In this document: one piece after another, positions 20,219 to 30,246 of the stretch
Layout: every line of letters begins with the position of its first letter
How positions within the stretch are numbered: position 1 is the first letter of the stretch
Assembly: GCA_046290225.1 (NCBI GenBank)
Contig: JBKAGE010000079.1
Coordinates: forward strand, 64,001 to 128,000
Direction: 5' to 3'
DNA length: 64,000 nt
Source: Bradymonadia bacterium
GTDB taxonomy: Bacteria > Myxococcota_A > Bradymonadia > UBA7976 > UBA1532
Made by a program: the position numbers and the translations under genes
The notes under the pieces: generated by a model
The model's input: the letters and a program-made list of their open reading frames with translations, nothing else
Database searches by the model: none
What the model was told of the DNA's origin: nothing

Positions 20219-20974
20219 ATGCGCACCATCATCACCGCCTGTACGCTCAGCCTGCTCGCGGCACCGCTCTGGGCTCAGACGCCACCTGAAGAGGGCGAAG
20301 AGCTGCCAGTGCTCGATCTCACTGGAGATGGGCCCCCAGAGGGCACCACCCTGGGAGAGCCTGATCCCATCGAAGAGGTGCCACCGGCCCCTGAGCGACC
20401 TGATGTGGATCCCGGCGGGGACTTCAGCGCCGATCGCAACCTCTTCAAAGAGGTGGAGACCGATCCGGAGCGCGTCGACGCCGAGCTGGAGTATCAGGAG
20501 CGCCTGCGCAACCGCACTGTGCCCCGATATGTGAAGACCCCGAAGGTGGCCCTCACGGTGCAGGCCCTCGCCGGTGTCTTCGGCGCTGGCCTCGTGGGCC
20601 TGCTCGGAGGCGCCCTCGGCGGGGCTGTGGACGACGGGAACAGCGTCGATCCTCTCGGGGGGTTCAACGGGCCGCTCATCGGCTTCACCGCGGGCTCCCT
20701 CATCGGATCGAGCCTGGCCACGTGGGGCACGGGTCAGGTCTTCGACAAAGAGGCGAGCGCGGTGTGGCACACCTCGGGCGCCAGCCTGGGCACCGTGCTC
20801 GGTGGCGGGGTCGCTGCAGGGATTCTGCTCGGCATCGACGATGGCGACAGCGGATCCACTGTAGCCATCATCAGCTTCCTGGCGATTCAGACCGCTGGGG
20901 CGCTGCTCTTCGGCGAGCTCGGGGAGCCGCCACCTCCTGCGGCGCCACCCCCGCCACAGACAGAGAGCCGCTGA
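20219..20974 (+). CDS. Exported/membrane hypothetical protein with Gly-rich hydrophobic segments
   Basis: Signal peptide, acidic N-terminal region and four Gly/Ala-rich hydrophobic stretches. Confidence 0.7.
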   Translation: MRTIITACTLSLLAAPLWAQTPPEEGEELPVLDLTGDGPPEGTTLGEPDPIEEVPPAPERPDVDPGGDFSADRNLFKEVETDPERVDAELEYQERLRNRTVPRYVKTPKVALTVQALAGVFGAGLVGLLGGALGGAVDDGNSVDPLGGFNGPLIGFTAGSLIGSSLATWGTGQVFDKEASAVWHTSGASLGTVLGGGVAAGILLGIDDGDSGSTVAIISFLAIQTAGALLFGELGEPPPPAAPPPPQTESR

Positions 20975-21064
20975 GCAGCCCTCAGGCTGGGTCGTATCAA
21001 CAGCGTGTGAAGTTGGAGAAGGGGCTGGCCCTGGTGTGGGCCCGAGGCGGAGTGCTGTGTTCGC

Positions 21065-22984
21065 TCAGCGCACGTCGCAGGGCGGGATGAAGCAGGCTGC
21101 CGGGGGCAGGGTGCTCGGGGGCGGCTCGGCGGTGCAGTCACTGCCGATGGAGAGCTCAGGGGCCCAGGTCCATTCGCTGAACTGCATCTCGCCGAGATCG
21201 GTGGCCAGACCGCAGAGATCGTAGCCCTTCACCGTGGCGGTGCGCACCCAACGGGTGGTCTGCCGGTAGAACACGCCCACCTGATCGTTGGGGATAAAGC
21301 CCGAGTAGTTCTGGCTGACCTCGTCTGTCGACGACTCCAGCCAGGTCTGCCCTTCACGCTCGGAGCTCCCCTCGGCGACGGTCTCGGTCTGACGCAGGCC
21401 CTCGCTGAAAGACCACGTGCGGGTCTGCTCTCGGGTCATGGTGTCGTTGAAAGAGCGGTTGCGGTCTGCCGAAAGGGCATAGGTGCCCGAGAGGTTCTGA
21501 GACCGGCTGTCGGTGGTCGTGCTGCCGAAGCGGCTCGTCTCGGAGCGGTCACCCGACATGCCCCAGCCGCGATCGGTAGAGGTGCCGACGCGCTCACCGT
21601 TGGTGCCGTTGAATCGCCCGCCGACCTTCACGCCGAGCGTGGTGGAGGTGTTGCCGGTGACCTGGCCCATGCCCGGCACGCCGAACTCTCCCTTGACGCC
21701 GACGGTGCCTTTGACACCGGCACTGCCGTACACACCGGCCATGTAGTCGCGATAAGTGGAGTTGTTCTCACCCTCGCTGTAGCTCGAAGACCAGGACTCG
21801 CCATCTTCGGTGCTGTAGCCCACATCGTTGCGCTCGCTGTTGTTGTAGCTCACTCCGTACGACTCGCTGCTGGTCTCACTCTCGCGCTCGGCGCCGCCGA
21901 CGCTCTGGCTGATGCGCTCGCCCTCGGAGATGCCTTCTTTCCAGCTTTGGGAGTTGCTCACCCCGGCACGGGAGACGAAGTCACGGCTGAAGGCCACGCT
22001 CACCGTCTGCTGGCGGGTCTCCGAGGTGGTCTCGGAGTATTTGACGTTGCTGCGCAGATCGCCGCGGATGCAGCCGGAGACGGGCTGAGGCGCGTAGCGC
22101 TCGGCGAGATGCAGCTTGCCGCTGTAGTTGACCTCGATGGGCCGGTGCACGGTGAAGGGCAGAGCGGTCTCGACGCTGTTGCCATCTTTGTCGAAGGCCA
22201 GCACCCGCACCCCGGAGACATAGAACTGATCTGCGTCGGGGACGGGGTTGAAGAGCACGTACTCGTCTTGTACGCCACCCTCGTCGAGGGGGTAGCCCAG
22301 CGTGTCGGCGCCCACGGGGGCGCTGTACGTGTGGTCGAAGCGCACGACGCCAGACTCACCGTTGACGTTGGCCACCTCGTAGATGAAGCGGGTGGCCTGG
22401 ATGCCCACAGGGCGAACCCGCAGCCGGTAGGGCATGCCTGCGAGCCCTCGGAGGGCCGGGGCGCCACACTCGGCGTCGAGGGGCTGGAGTTCCTCGATGA
22501 CGATCGACGGCCCCACCTCCATCTGGAAGTCACCGGGCTCACCCTCTTCGATGAGCTCGCCGTCGAGCTCGGTGGTCATGACCGAGACCTGGCCCTTGAA
22601 GATGCCGGGGCGATCCTGGCTGTCGAAGGGGTTGGCGAAGGGCCCGAACCGGTTGAGCCGGAGGATGCGCCTGCCCTCGGGGTTCTCGTCGTCTTCAAAG
22701 CCGTCGTAGATGGTGGTGAAGGTGACGTCGACAGGCTCTTGCCGGCCATCGTCGGTGGTGTAGGTGCCCAAGAAGTGCACCTTGTTGAGGCCTTGCTCCG
22801 GGGGCAGAAAATTGTACCCGGCAAAGTCGATGGTCTGGCCGATAACGACCCGACTGGCCGAACTCTCCTCGACGACGGGCCCCGTGGGCGCACTCGCCTC
22901 TTCGGCTTCGGTGCCACATGCGGCAGTGAAGGTGAGCAGCGAAGTCAGCAACCAACGCTGGAGGGGAGACCTACGACTTGTCAT
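21065..22984 (-). CDS. Lipoprotein with aerolysin/ETX-like extended beta-hairpin (paralog B)
   Basis: GAGGA SD, lipobox TAA-C, Ser/Thr/Gly-rich region centred on GVKGEFGVPGMGQVTG; colinear with the upstream gene. Confidence 0.75.
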   Translation of the reverse strand: MTSRRSPLQRWLLTSLLTFTAACGTEAEEASAPTGPVVEESSASRVVIGQTIDFAGYNFLPPEQGLNKVHFLGTYTTDDGRQEPVDVTFTTIYDGFEDDENPEGRRILRLNRFGPFANPFDSQDRPGIFKGQVSVMTTELDGELIEEGEPGDFQMEVGPSIVIEELQPLDAECGAPALRGLAGMPYRLRVRPVGIQATRFIYEVANVNGESGVVRFDHTYSAPVGADTLGYPLDEGGVQDEYVLFNPVPDADQFYVSGVRVLAFDKDGNSVETALPFTVHRPIEVNYSGKLHLAERYAPQPVSGCIRGDLRSNVKYSETTSETRQQTVSVAFSRDFVSRAGVSNSQSWKEGISEGERISQSVGGAERESETSSESYGVSYNNSERNDVGYSTEDGESWSSSYSEGENNSTYRDYMAGVYGSAGVKGTVGVKGEFGVPGMGQVTGNTSTTLGVKVGGRFNGTNGERVGTSTDRGWGMSGDRSETSRFGSTTTDSRSQNLSGTYALSADRNRSFNDTMTREQTRTWSFSEGLRQTETVAEGSSEREGQTWLESSTDEVSQNYSGFIPNDQVGVFYRQTTRWVRTATVKGYDLCGLATDLGEMQFSEWTWAPELSIGSDCTAEPPPSTLPPAACFIPPCDVR

Positions 22985-23013
22985 GGTGATTTCCTCGTGG
23001 CGCGTGTTCACCT

Positions 23014-24939
23014 TCAACCTCCACAGGGCTCGATGCGGCAGACGGCGGGGGGCAGCTTGCTCTGCGGGGGCTGACCTTCACAGGAATCCGCAGTGACCAG
23101 CTCAGGGGCCCATTGCCAGTCGGAGAACTGCAGCTCACCCATGTGCTGCGCTACGCCGCAGAGGTCGAATGCCCGGACCTCGGCCCGCCGGACCCAGCGA
23201 GTGGTCTGACGGTAGAAGATGCCGAACTGGCCGTTGGGGATGAACCCGCCATAGCTCTGGATGACGCGGTTGCTCGAGGTGCTGCTCCAGGTGCGCTGCT
23301 CCGCCTCGCTCATGCCCTCGCTCACCACCTGCTCCATGGACTGACCTTGCTCGAGGGACCAGGTGCGGCTGCGGCTGCGGGCCTCGGTATCGGACTGGTT
23401 GCGACTGCGGCTGCGGGAGAGGGAGTACGACCCGCTCACGCTCTGGGAGACGCTGTCGGTGTTGCTGCTGCCGTAGCTCACGGTGTCGCGGGTGCTGGAG
23501 CTGCCACCCCAGCCGCGGCTGCTGGTGGTGCCGTCGCGGCCGCCCCAGCCGGTGCCCAGCTCGGCGCCGCCGGTGACGCCCACTGTGGTGCTGGCGCTGC
23601 CCGAGCCGTTGGCCACGAGGGGGATGCCCACCTCGCCTTCGACGCCGACGGTCATCTCGTAGCTGCCCTCGACATAACCCTTGGCAGTGCGGTTCCGGTA
23701 CTCCTCGGTGCTCTCGCCCTCAGCCATGTTCCAGCTCCAGCTCTCGCCGTCGCTGGTGGAGTAGCCCACGTCGTTGGACTCGCTGCGGCCGTAAGTCACG
23801 CCCTGGTTTTCCTGGATCTGCTCCGCCTCGGTGTTGCTGCTGCCGATGGTCCGGCTGCTGCTCTCGCCGTCGCTGATGCCTTCCTGCCAGTCCATGCTCG
23901 TCTGCACCCCCTGACTGGTGGTGAAGTTACGGCTCATGGTGACGCTGACGCTTTGCTGACGGGTCTCGGTCTTGGACTCGGTGTAGCTGACGTTGGTGCG
24001 CAGGCTGCCGGCGATGCAGCCGGTGACGGGCACGGGCTCGTAGCGCTCCGCCACCTCGTGGTTGCCGTCGTAGAAGACCTCTACGGGGCGGTGCACGGTC
24101 ATGGGGAGGAACGTCTCGACGCTGTTGCTGTCGGCGTCGTAGGCCACCACCCGGATCCCGGTGACGTACATCTGGTCGTCGAAGGGCACGGGGTTGAAGA
24201 CGATGGGCAGCGCGGCGCAGCCCTCGGGGCGCTCGTCGAGGTTCCTGAGCTCGGTCTCGTCGGCGCAGGGGTAACCCAGGGTGTCGCGGTCGATGGGGCT
24301 CGAGAAGGTGTGCTCCACCTGGGTGATGCGATCGTTCCCGTTCACTTTGCCGATGGCGTACTCGTACCGCACAGGCTTGATGCCCACGGCGCGGACGGCG
24401 ATCTTGTAGGGCAGCCCGGGCATGGCCCGCTGAGCAGGGGCGCCACACTCGGCGCCGAGGGGCTGGAACTCTTCGATGATGATCGAAGGCTCGACGTTGA
24501 GCTGCATGTCCATGGCCACGGGGTCGAGGCCGTCGAACTCACCGTCTTCGGTCTCCACCTCAGGGGTCACGGTGCCCTCGAAGACGCCGGGGCGATCATT
24601 GCTGTGGAAGGGGTTGCCGAAGGGGCCCACCCGGCTCCACCGCAGCATGCGGAACCCGTCTTCAGTCTCGCCGTCGAGCACGGGCGTGATGCGGAAGTCC
24701 ACAGCCTCTTCGCTGCCGTCATCGGCGATGAAGCGGCCCTTGAAGGTGAGCCGCACGGTGCCCTCTCCTGGTGCCGGGAGGTTGCGGCCGTAGAAGAAGA
24801 GCGTCTCGCCGACCACCACGTTGGCCTTGGAGATCGCTTCGAGTCGAGGGGCGTCGTCAGAGATCCCGCTGTCGGGATCTTGAGAGGCACAGCCGTGTGC
24901 GATGGCGGTGGCCAGCAGCCCAATGGCGAGTCGGCGCAT
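23014..24939 (-). CDS. Lipoprotein with aerolysin/ETX-like extended beta-hairpin (paralog A)
   Basis: Lipobox AHG-C, Ser/Thr/Gly-rich region centred on GVEGEVGIPLVANG. Start may be 24948. Confidence 0.75.
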   Translation of the reverse strand: MRRLAIGLLATAIAHGCASQDPDSGISDDAPRLEAISKANVVVGETLFFYGRNLPAPGEGTVRLTFKGRFIADDGSEEAVDFRITPVLDGETEDGFRMLRWSRVGPFGNPFHSNDRPGVFEGTVTPEVETEDGEFDGLDPVAMDMQLNVEPSIIIEEFQPLGAECGAPAQRAMPGLPYKIAVRAVGIKPVRYEYAIGKVNGNDRITQVEHTFSSPIDRDTLGYPCADETELRNLDERPEGCAALPIVFNPVPFDDQMYVTGIRVVAYDADSNSVETFLPMTVHRPVEVFYDGNHEVAERYEPVPVTGCIAGSLRTNVSYTESKTETRQQSVSVTMSRNFTTSQGVQTSMDWQEGISDGESSSRTIGSSNTEAEQIQENQGVTYGRSESNDVGYSTSDGESWSWNMAEGESTEEYRNRTAKGYVEGSYEMTVGVEGEVGIPLVANGSGSASTTVGVTGGAELGTGWGGRDGTTSSRGWGGSSSTRDTVSYGSSNTDSVSQSVSGSYSLSRSRSRNQSDTEARSRSRTWSLEQGQSMEQVVSEGMSEAEQRTWSSTSSNRVIQSYGGFIPNGQFGIFYRQTTRWVRRAEVRAFDLCGVAQHMGELQFSDWQWAPELVTADSCEGQPPQSKLPPAVCRIEPCGG

Positions 24940-25225
24940 CGTGATCATCCTCAACTCCAGTAGCCACCCGGCTGATCGACTGGCCAGGGTCTGTTGTCTC
25001 CACTGGCCCCCGATCATCTCGGGAATCTCTAATGTTTATTGCCGCGAAGCCCTCAGCAGCCTCGTGTGGCCCGGTAATATAGCACAGGCCGTGCCGGGGA
25101 TTGAGGTCGCCAGCCAGTGTCATTTTGAGGGGGAGCCCACAGTGTGTGCAAGCATTCGTGCTGTGGTGACTGCCGAGGCCGGAGATGTCGCCCTCCGAGC
25201 GTCGAGCGGGCGGGCCTGAATCTGT

Positions 25226-27493
25226 TCAGTTCAAGCCGTTGATGGAGAGGGTGTAGCTGCTGAAGCAGGAGTGACCGCTGTGACGGTGCACCTTGATGAT
25301 GTAGCGGCCACCGTCGTCGCTGTTGAGCTCTTCGGTCCAGGACAGGGCTTCGTCGTTGTTGCCCCCTCGGGTACTCGAGGCCAGCGGTGTACCAGCATCA
25401 CACGCAGCGCGATCTCGATAGAGGAAGATGTCGAAGTCGGCGCCGTTGGGCACGTTGGTGAGCTCGACGTCGATCTCTTCGTAGAGATCAAAGGGGTTGA
25501 GCGGGCTGTTGTCCTCGGCATCAAAGCAGAAGAAGTCTGCGTCGCCGACGTTGTCGATGGTGGCCATGAAGCTGTCGTTGATGTCGAAGTCGTTGGCCCC
25601 CGGGGTCAGGTTGCGACACTGACCACAGCCGTTGTTGGGCTCGAAGTTGTCGGGGTTGGTCTCGTCTTCGCCGTCGCAGTCCTGGTCGAGGCCGTCACCG
25701 CAGACGTCGAAGTCCTCGGGCAGCACCGCGCCGCGACATTCGTCGAAGTCGCCCCACTGACAATTGGCGCCGCAGGTCCTGACCTGTACCCCCAACTCAC
25801 AGATGCCGACGTTGCTCTCGCCACAGTCCGCGCGATCGGTGTCCCCTGGGGCGCAGATGCCCTCGCCCTGGCACACACCCCAGTCTTCCCAGATGCACTC
25901 GTCGCTGCACCCGCGGCTGCGGGTGCCACAGGCGCCACAGGCCTCGTTCTCCTGGTCGCCGGGGGCGCACTGGCCGCCACCGGTGCACTCGCCGAAGTCG
26001 CCCCAGGTGCAGGCGTCGGTGCAGGTGCGAATGCGGACAGAGCAATTGCCGCACGACTCAGCGTCTTCGTCGCCGGGGGCGCAGAGGCCCTCGTCGATGC
26101 ACGCGGTCCAATCACCCCAGGTGCAGGCGTTGGAGCAGATGCGGCTCTGGGTGCCGCATGCGCCGCAAGGGCGCTCTTCACGATCGCCAGGGCCGCAGCC
26201 GTCGCCTATACCTTCCATGCCGCCACAGGCGCTCCACTCGCCCCAACCACAGGCGTCCGTGCAGGTGCGGCTGCGGGTGCCACAGCCGTTGCCGCAGGCT
26301 TCGCTCTCCACCTCGCCGGGCTCGCAGACGCCTTCATTCTTGCAGTCCTGCCAGTCGCCCCACTCACAGCCCGCGGTGCACACGCGGCGGGCAGAGCCAC
26401 ATCGCCCGCACCGCATCTCCTCGTCGGTGCCGGGGGCGCACACCGCCTCGGACTCGTCGCAGGCGCTCCACTCGCCCCACATGGCCTCGACGCACATGCG
26501 GGTGTGGGTGCCGCACTGGCCGCAGACCTGGTTGTCGAGGGTATCGCCGGTGCAAGGGCACTGCTCGGGGGCGGTGCATTCGACCCAACCCCCCTCGACA
26601 CAGACCTCGAAGCCGCTGCCGCAAGCGTTGGAGCAGTCGCGGATGATCTCTTCGTCTACCTTGGCATCGCAGTCGTTGTCCTGGCCGTCGCAGACCTCGT
26701 CGAAGGGCTGAGGCGCCGAGCAGTTGCGGAACGTGGCCTCGATGCAGGTCTCGGTGCCTTCACCGCACTCGGTCTGACACGGGCGAGTCTCCCCGTCATT
26801 GCAGCCGTCGCAGCCTTCGTCGATCTCACCGTCACAGTCGTCGTCGATGGTGTTGCCGCAGAATTCGTTGGGCCGGGGCCTCGGCGCGTCGCAGCCACGG
26901 AACTGTGCCCCGCGGCAGACCTCTTGCCCTGTGCCGCACTCGGTCTCGCAGGGTCGAGTGTCGCCCTCACCGCAACCGCCGCAGCCTTCATCGCTGCTGC
27001 CGTCACAGTCTTCATCGAGGGTGTTCCCGCAGATCTCCAGGCGGGGCATGGCGCTGCAAGGTCCGAAGACCCCGCCCATGCATCGCTGCACCCCCTCACC
27101 GCAGTCGGTGAAGCAGGGCTGTAGAGCACCATCGGCGCATTCGTTGTTGAAGCAGGTGCCGTCGACGCAGCGACGATCAGCGCCGCAGTCTTCGTCTCGC
27201 TGGCACTCGATGGCCCGTCGGCAGACGCCGGAGACACACTCCTGACCTGCAGGGCAAGGGTTGGCGTCATCACACGTAGCCGCCCCCATGCACTCGCCGG
27301 CGACGCACGTCTGGCCGTCAGGGCACCCGCCCTCGCAGAGGCTGGGCCCTGCGTCGGGCTCTGGGGGTGCCGTGGTGCAGCCGCCAAAGGCGAGCACCGA
27401 CATGAGCAGCATGAAGAGCAACGATGTCGAGGGGAGACGCCCGGGGGCATCGGTGACGACAGCGGACGGGTCCTGGGAAGTGCGGGCATCCAT
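25226..27493 (-). CDS. Cys-rich repeat lipoprotein with C-terminal PPC-like domain
   Basis: Lipobox FGG-C; repeats CGxxxDxDCDGxxDE and CGxCGTxxRxCxxxCxWGxW; C-terminal DNFEPNN...DFDIFLY domain. Confidence 0.8.
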   Translation of the reverse strand: MDARTSQDPSAVVTDAPGRLPSTSLLFMLLMSVLAFGGCTTAPPEPDAGPSLCEGGCPDGQTCVAGECMGAATCDDANPCPAGQECVSGVCRRAIECQRDEDCGADRRCVDGTCFNNECADGALQPCFTDCGEGVQRCMGGVFGPCSAMPRLEICGNTLDEDCDGSSDEGCGGCGEGDTRPCETECGTGQEVCRGAQFRGCDAPRPRPNEFCGNTIDDDCDGEIDEGCDGCNDGETRPCQTECGEGTETCIEATFRNCSAPQPFDEVCDGQDNDCDAKVDEEIIRDCSNACGSGFEVCVEGGWVECTAPEQCPCTGDTLDNQVCGQCGTHTRMCVEAMWGEWSACDESEAVCAPGTDEEMRCGRCGSARRVCTAGCEWGDWQDCKNEGVCEPGEVESEACGNGCGTRSRTCTDACGWGEWSACGGMEGIGDGCGPGDREERPCGACGTQSRICSNACTWGDWTACIDEGLCAPGDEDAESCGNCSVRIRTCTDACTWGDFGECTGGGQCAPGDQENEACGACGTRSRGCSDECIWEDWGVCQGEGICAPGDTDRADCGESNVGICELGVQVRTCGANCQWGDFDECRGAVLPEDFDVCGDGLDQDCDGEDETNPDNFEPNNGCGQCRNLTPGANDFDINDSFMATIDNVGDADFFCFDAEDNSPLNPFDLYEEIDVELTNVPNGADFDIFLYRDRAACDAGTPLASSTRGGNNDEALSWTEELNSDDGGRYIIKVHRHSGHSCFSSYTLSINGLN

Positions 27494-27597
27494 GCCCGGT
27501 AAGATAATGGTCTACCTGGTCTGGGGAAAGTCGCCCCCGGCCTTTGTCGCACAAAAGCCACGATGTCGGCCCCAGATGATGCCTCGGAATGCCCGAT

Positions 27598-27813
27598 TCA
27601 GCAGCCTCTGAGCTCAGGCTTCCGGGCCTCGGCCGCCATTTCGGGCACCGGCGTCACGTGCCGCAATGCCCCAAAGAGCGCCGCGGTGGCCAGCAGGTCA
27701 GCCTCTTCCTGGTCTTTGGCCATGGCGATGGCCTCTTCGTACACCGCCCGAGCGAGATCGAGCACGGTGACGCTGGAAGGGGCTGCAGACTGCGGTGACG
27801 AGGGCTGTTCCAT
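27598..27813 (-). CDS. Small hypothetical protein (71 aa)
   Basis: GGAG SD before ATG 27813; helical Ala/Glu-rich sequence filling an intergenic gap. Confidence 0.5.
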   Translation of the reverse strand: MEQPSSPQSAAPSSVTVLDLARAVYEEAIAMAKDQEEADLLATAALFGALRHVTPVPEMAAEARKPELRGC

Positions 27814-28006
27814 CTCACGACTCCAGGTGTTGGCCCTTTCGAACACGGCCAGGACCCTCTCGTACGCGCCCCGTGGGTCTTCGAAGACCCACTGAGATCC
27901 ATGCGTGCCAGAGCATGTGTCGGGCGGGATTCCCTTGCTCTGAACAAAAGCCTTGGAGATCCTGCGGTCTCGGGTCGTCTTCGAGACGACACAGAGAGGA
28001 ATCGGC

Positions 28007-30037
28007 ATGCACATCCCCCGGAAGGTCGCCTTTGCCCGAGTATGGGCGGCCTGCATCTTCGCTTGCGTCGTCACCCCAGGGCTCAGCTTTGCCCTGCCCA
28101 CCCTTGAGACCGTGGAGACCACGGTGGACGACGCGCGTCTCGTGCTCTCTGCCCGAACCGAGTACATCACCGGAGACACGCAGAGTGAGTGCACGGTGCG
28201 CCTGGTCGTAGACGGAGAAGGGGTGGCCATCGGGGAGGGAGATCGCGCTGTCGTTCGGGTCTACGAGAACGACTTCATCGGCGACGACGCCTACTGGTCC
28301 ACCGAGTTCGAATTCAGCCCACGGGAAATCTCCGAGCAGCAATCTGATCGTGTCTTCGACTGCAGCGGTCAGTTTCCGGGAGATGGCAATGACGAGATCG
28401 AGCTTGTCGCCACCGCGGAGGTGCAGAAGGGTTCCTGCGGCTTCTTCTGTGTTTGGGATCGTCCCACCACCCCTGAGATCGTGATGACCGACGTGGGCGA
28501 CGACGCAGCTGAGCAGGACGATGCTGTCGATCAGGCCACTCCGCTGCCGTTGGGTCTCACTGAAGGCCGGGTGGGCATCGATCAGGACTTCTTCGAATTC
28601 GAACTCGTAGGCCCCACCCGGGTGCTCTTTCAGGCCGAGCACGTGGCCAGTGTGGGTCGGCTCGAGGTGAGTCTCTTCGGCAGCGACGGTGAGTCCCGAG
28701 TGGGCGAGGGCATGAACGAAGATCAGGCCACCGTCCTCGACGCGCCTTTTCTCGACCGCGGCACCTACTATGTGCGGGTCACCCCCCGTGAAGGCGACAA
28801 CTTCAACTTCTACGACGTGCGTTTCGCCGTGGCCCCCGTCCAGCAGGATTGCTCTCCGGGCACCGAAGAAGAGGAAAGCTGCGGGAACTGCGGTGTCCGG
28901 GTCCGGTCCTGCGATGCCATGGGCAGCTGGGGCATGTTCGGACCCTGTGAGCAGGAGGGCATCTGCAGCCCTGGCGAGAGCCGAACTCAAACGTGTGGTC
29001 TGTGCGGTGAGCGCACCGAGACGTGCGATGACACGTGCAACTGGGGTGATGCTGGGCCTTGCGAAGACGAGGGGGAGTGTCTGCCCGGTGACATCGACAC
29101 CCTGCCATGCGACGGCAATCCCGAGATGGAGAGCATCCGCGACTGTGATGATGCCTGCACATGGGGGCCGTTCTCCTCGTGTGAAGGCGCAGCCTGTGAA
29201 GAGGGCGAAGAGGAGAGCTGCTACTCAGGCCCTTCTGGGACTGAAGGGCTCGGCGCCTGCCGAGCAGGCATTCGCGTGTGCGCCGAAGGTGTGTGGGGGC
29301 CGTGTGAAGGCGAGAAGCTGCCCACAGAAGAGCAGTGCGCCGACAACATCGACAACGACTGCAATGGCGCCACTGATGACGAAGACGCAGTCTGTGGCGG
29401 AGGCGCTACCATTGGTGAGCCCTGCATGGGCACGCCTGATTGCGCGCGGCCCTTCGAGTGTGTGGGCCCCGCAGAGCACCCGATGTTCGTCGACGGTTAC
29501 TGCGGCCTCACCGGGTGTGATTCCGATTGTGGCCCCGAGGCGGCCTGTGTCCGGGTCTTCGGGTTGCCCTACTGCCTCAAGCGATGTGATCGTCTCGATG
29601 ATTGTCGCGAGGGGTACCTGTGCAGCCCCATCGGGGCCAGCAGGGTGTGTGTGCCGCGATGTACGGCAGACGTGCACTGCCGGGATGCGGCGCGACCATT
29701 CTGCGACTTGAACACGGGGCGATGTGCCGAGGCCCCTGGCGCGGAGCTGCCGGACGCTGGCGTGACGCCGGATGCGTTCATGCAGCCACCTCGGCCGGAC
29801 GCAGGGCGCATCATGCCTGATGAGGGCGTAGTGCCCGGCGACGACGTCGCCGTACCCGCTGCATGCGAATGCAGAGCGGGATCTGGGGGTCAGCCCCCGT
29901 GGCTCTGGTGGGGCATCCTCGCCTTGGGCGGGGTGATTACTCGGCGCCCTTCTCGGGGGTCTTCTCGCCAGCTTCGCCCCCGTGGTCCTTCTTCCCCTCG
30001 GCGTCGAGGGCCTCGAGGCTGGTTCCTACGAGGTTGA
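28007..30037 (+). CDS. Cys-rich surface protein with PPC-like domain and MYXO-CTERM-like sorting tail
   Basis: Signal peptide, PPC-like DQDFFEF...GTYYVRV, Cys repeats, C-terminal ACECRAG..PWLWWGILALGGVITRR. Confidence 0.8.
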   Translation: MHIPRKVAFARVWAACIFACVVTPGLSFALPTLETVETTVDDARLVLSARTEYITGDTQSECTVRLVVDGEGVAIGEGDRAVVRVYENDFIGDDAYWSTEFEFSPREISEQQSDRVFDCSGQFPGDGNDEIELVATAEVQKGSCGFFCVWDRPTTPEIVMTDVGDDAAEQDDAVDQATPLPLGLTEGRVGIDQDFFEFELVGPTRVLFQAEHVASVGRLEVSLFGSDGESRVGEGMNEDQATVLDAPFLDRGTYYVRVTPREGDNFNFYDVRFAVAPVQQDCSPGTEEEESCGNCGVRVRSCDAMGSWGMFGPCEQEGICSPGESRTQTCGLCGERTETCDDTCNWGDAGPCEDEGECLPGDIDTLPCDGNPEMESIRDCDDACTWGPFSSCEGAACEEGEEESCYSGPSGTEGLGACRAGIRVCAEGVWGPCEGEKLPTEEQCADNIDNDCNGATDDEDAVCGGGATIGEPCMGTPDCARPFECVGPAEHPMFVDGYCGLTGCDSDCGPEAACVRVFGLPYCLKRCDRLDDCREGYLCSPIGASRVCVPRCTADVHCRDAARPFCDLNTGRCAEAPGAELPDAGVTPDAFMQPPRPDAGRIMPDEGVVPGDDVAVPAACECRAGSGGQPPWLWWGILALGGVITRRPSRGSSRQLRPRGPSSPRRRGPRGWFLRG

Positions 30038-30170
30038 GGTACTCCTCACCACGGGCCTTCATGGGGATCTCGCGATCTCCGTTGACGCCCTTGGGGTCGA
30101 GCTTGTCCCAGCAGGCGCTGGTACCCAGGGCTACGGCGGCAATCATCATCACGTGTACGATCTGCTTCAT
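29937..30170 (-). CDS. Small lipoprotein (77 aa)
   Basis: GGAG SD, MKQIVHVMMIAAVALGTSA-C lipobox, typical high-GC codon usage. Confidence 0.65.
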   Translation of the reverse strand: MKQIVHVMMIAAVALGTSACWDKLDPKGVNGDREIPMKARGEEYLNLVGTSLEALDAEGKKDHGGEAGEKTPEKGAE

Positions 30171-30246
30171 GGTCACGCTCCGGTGCGGGGGGGTGAACAT
30201 CAAAGCCTGAGTCGGCTTTGGGCGCAGATGACTACACCGAGGTGGG

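Noticed and set aside
20219..20974. Membrane protein as an immunity factor for the pore-like pair
   Set aside because: It is convergent rather than co-transcribed, and only adjacency supports the idea.
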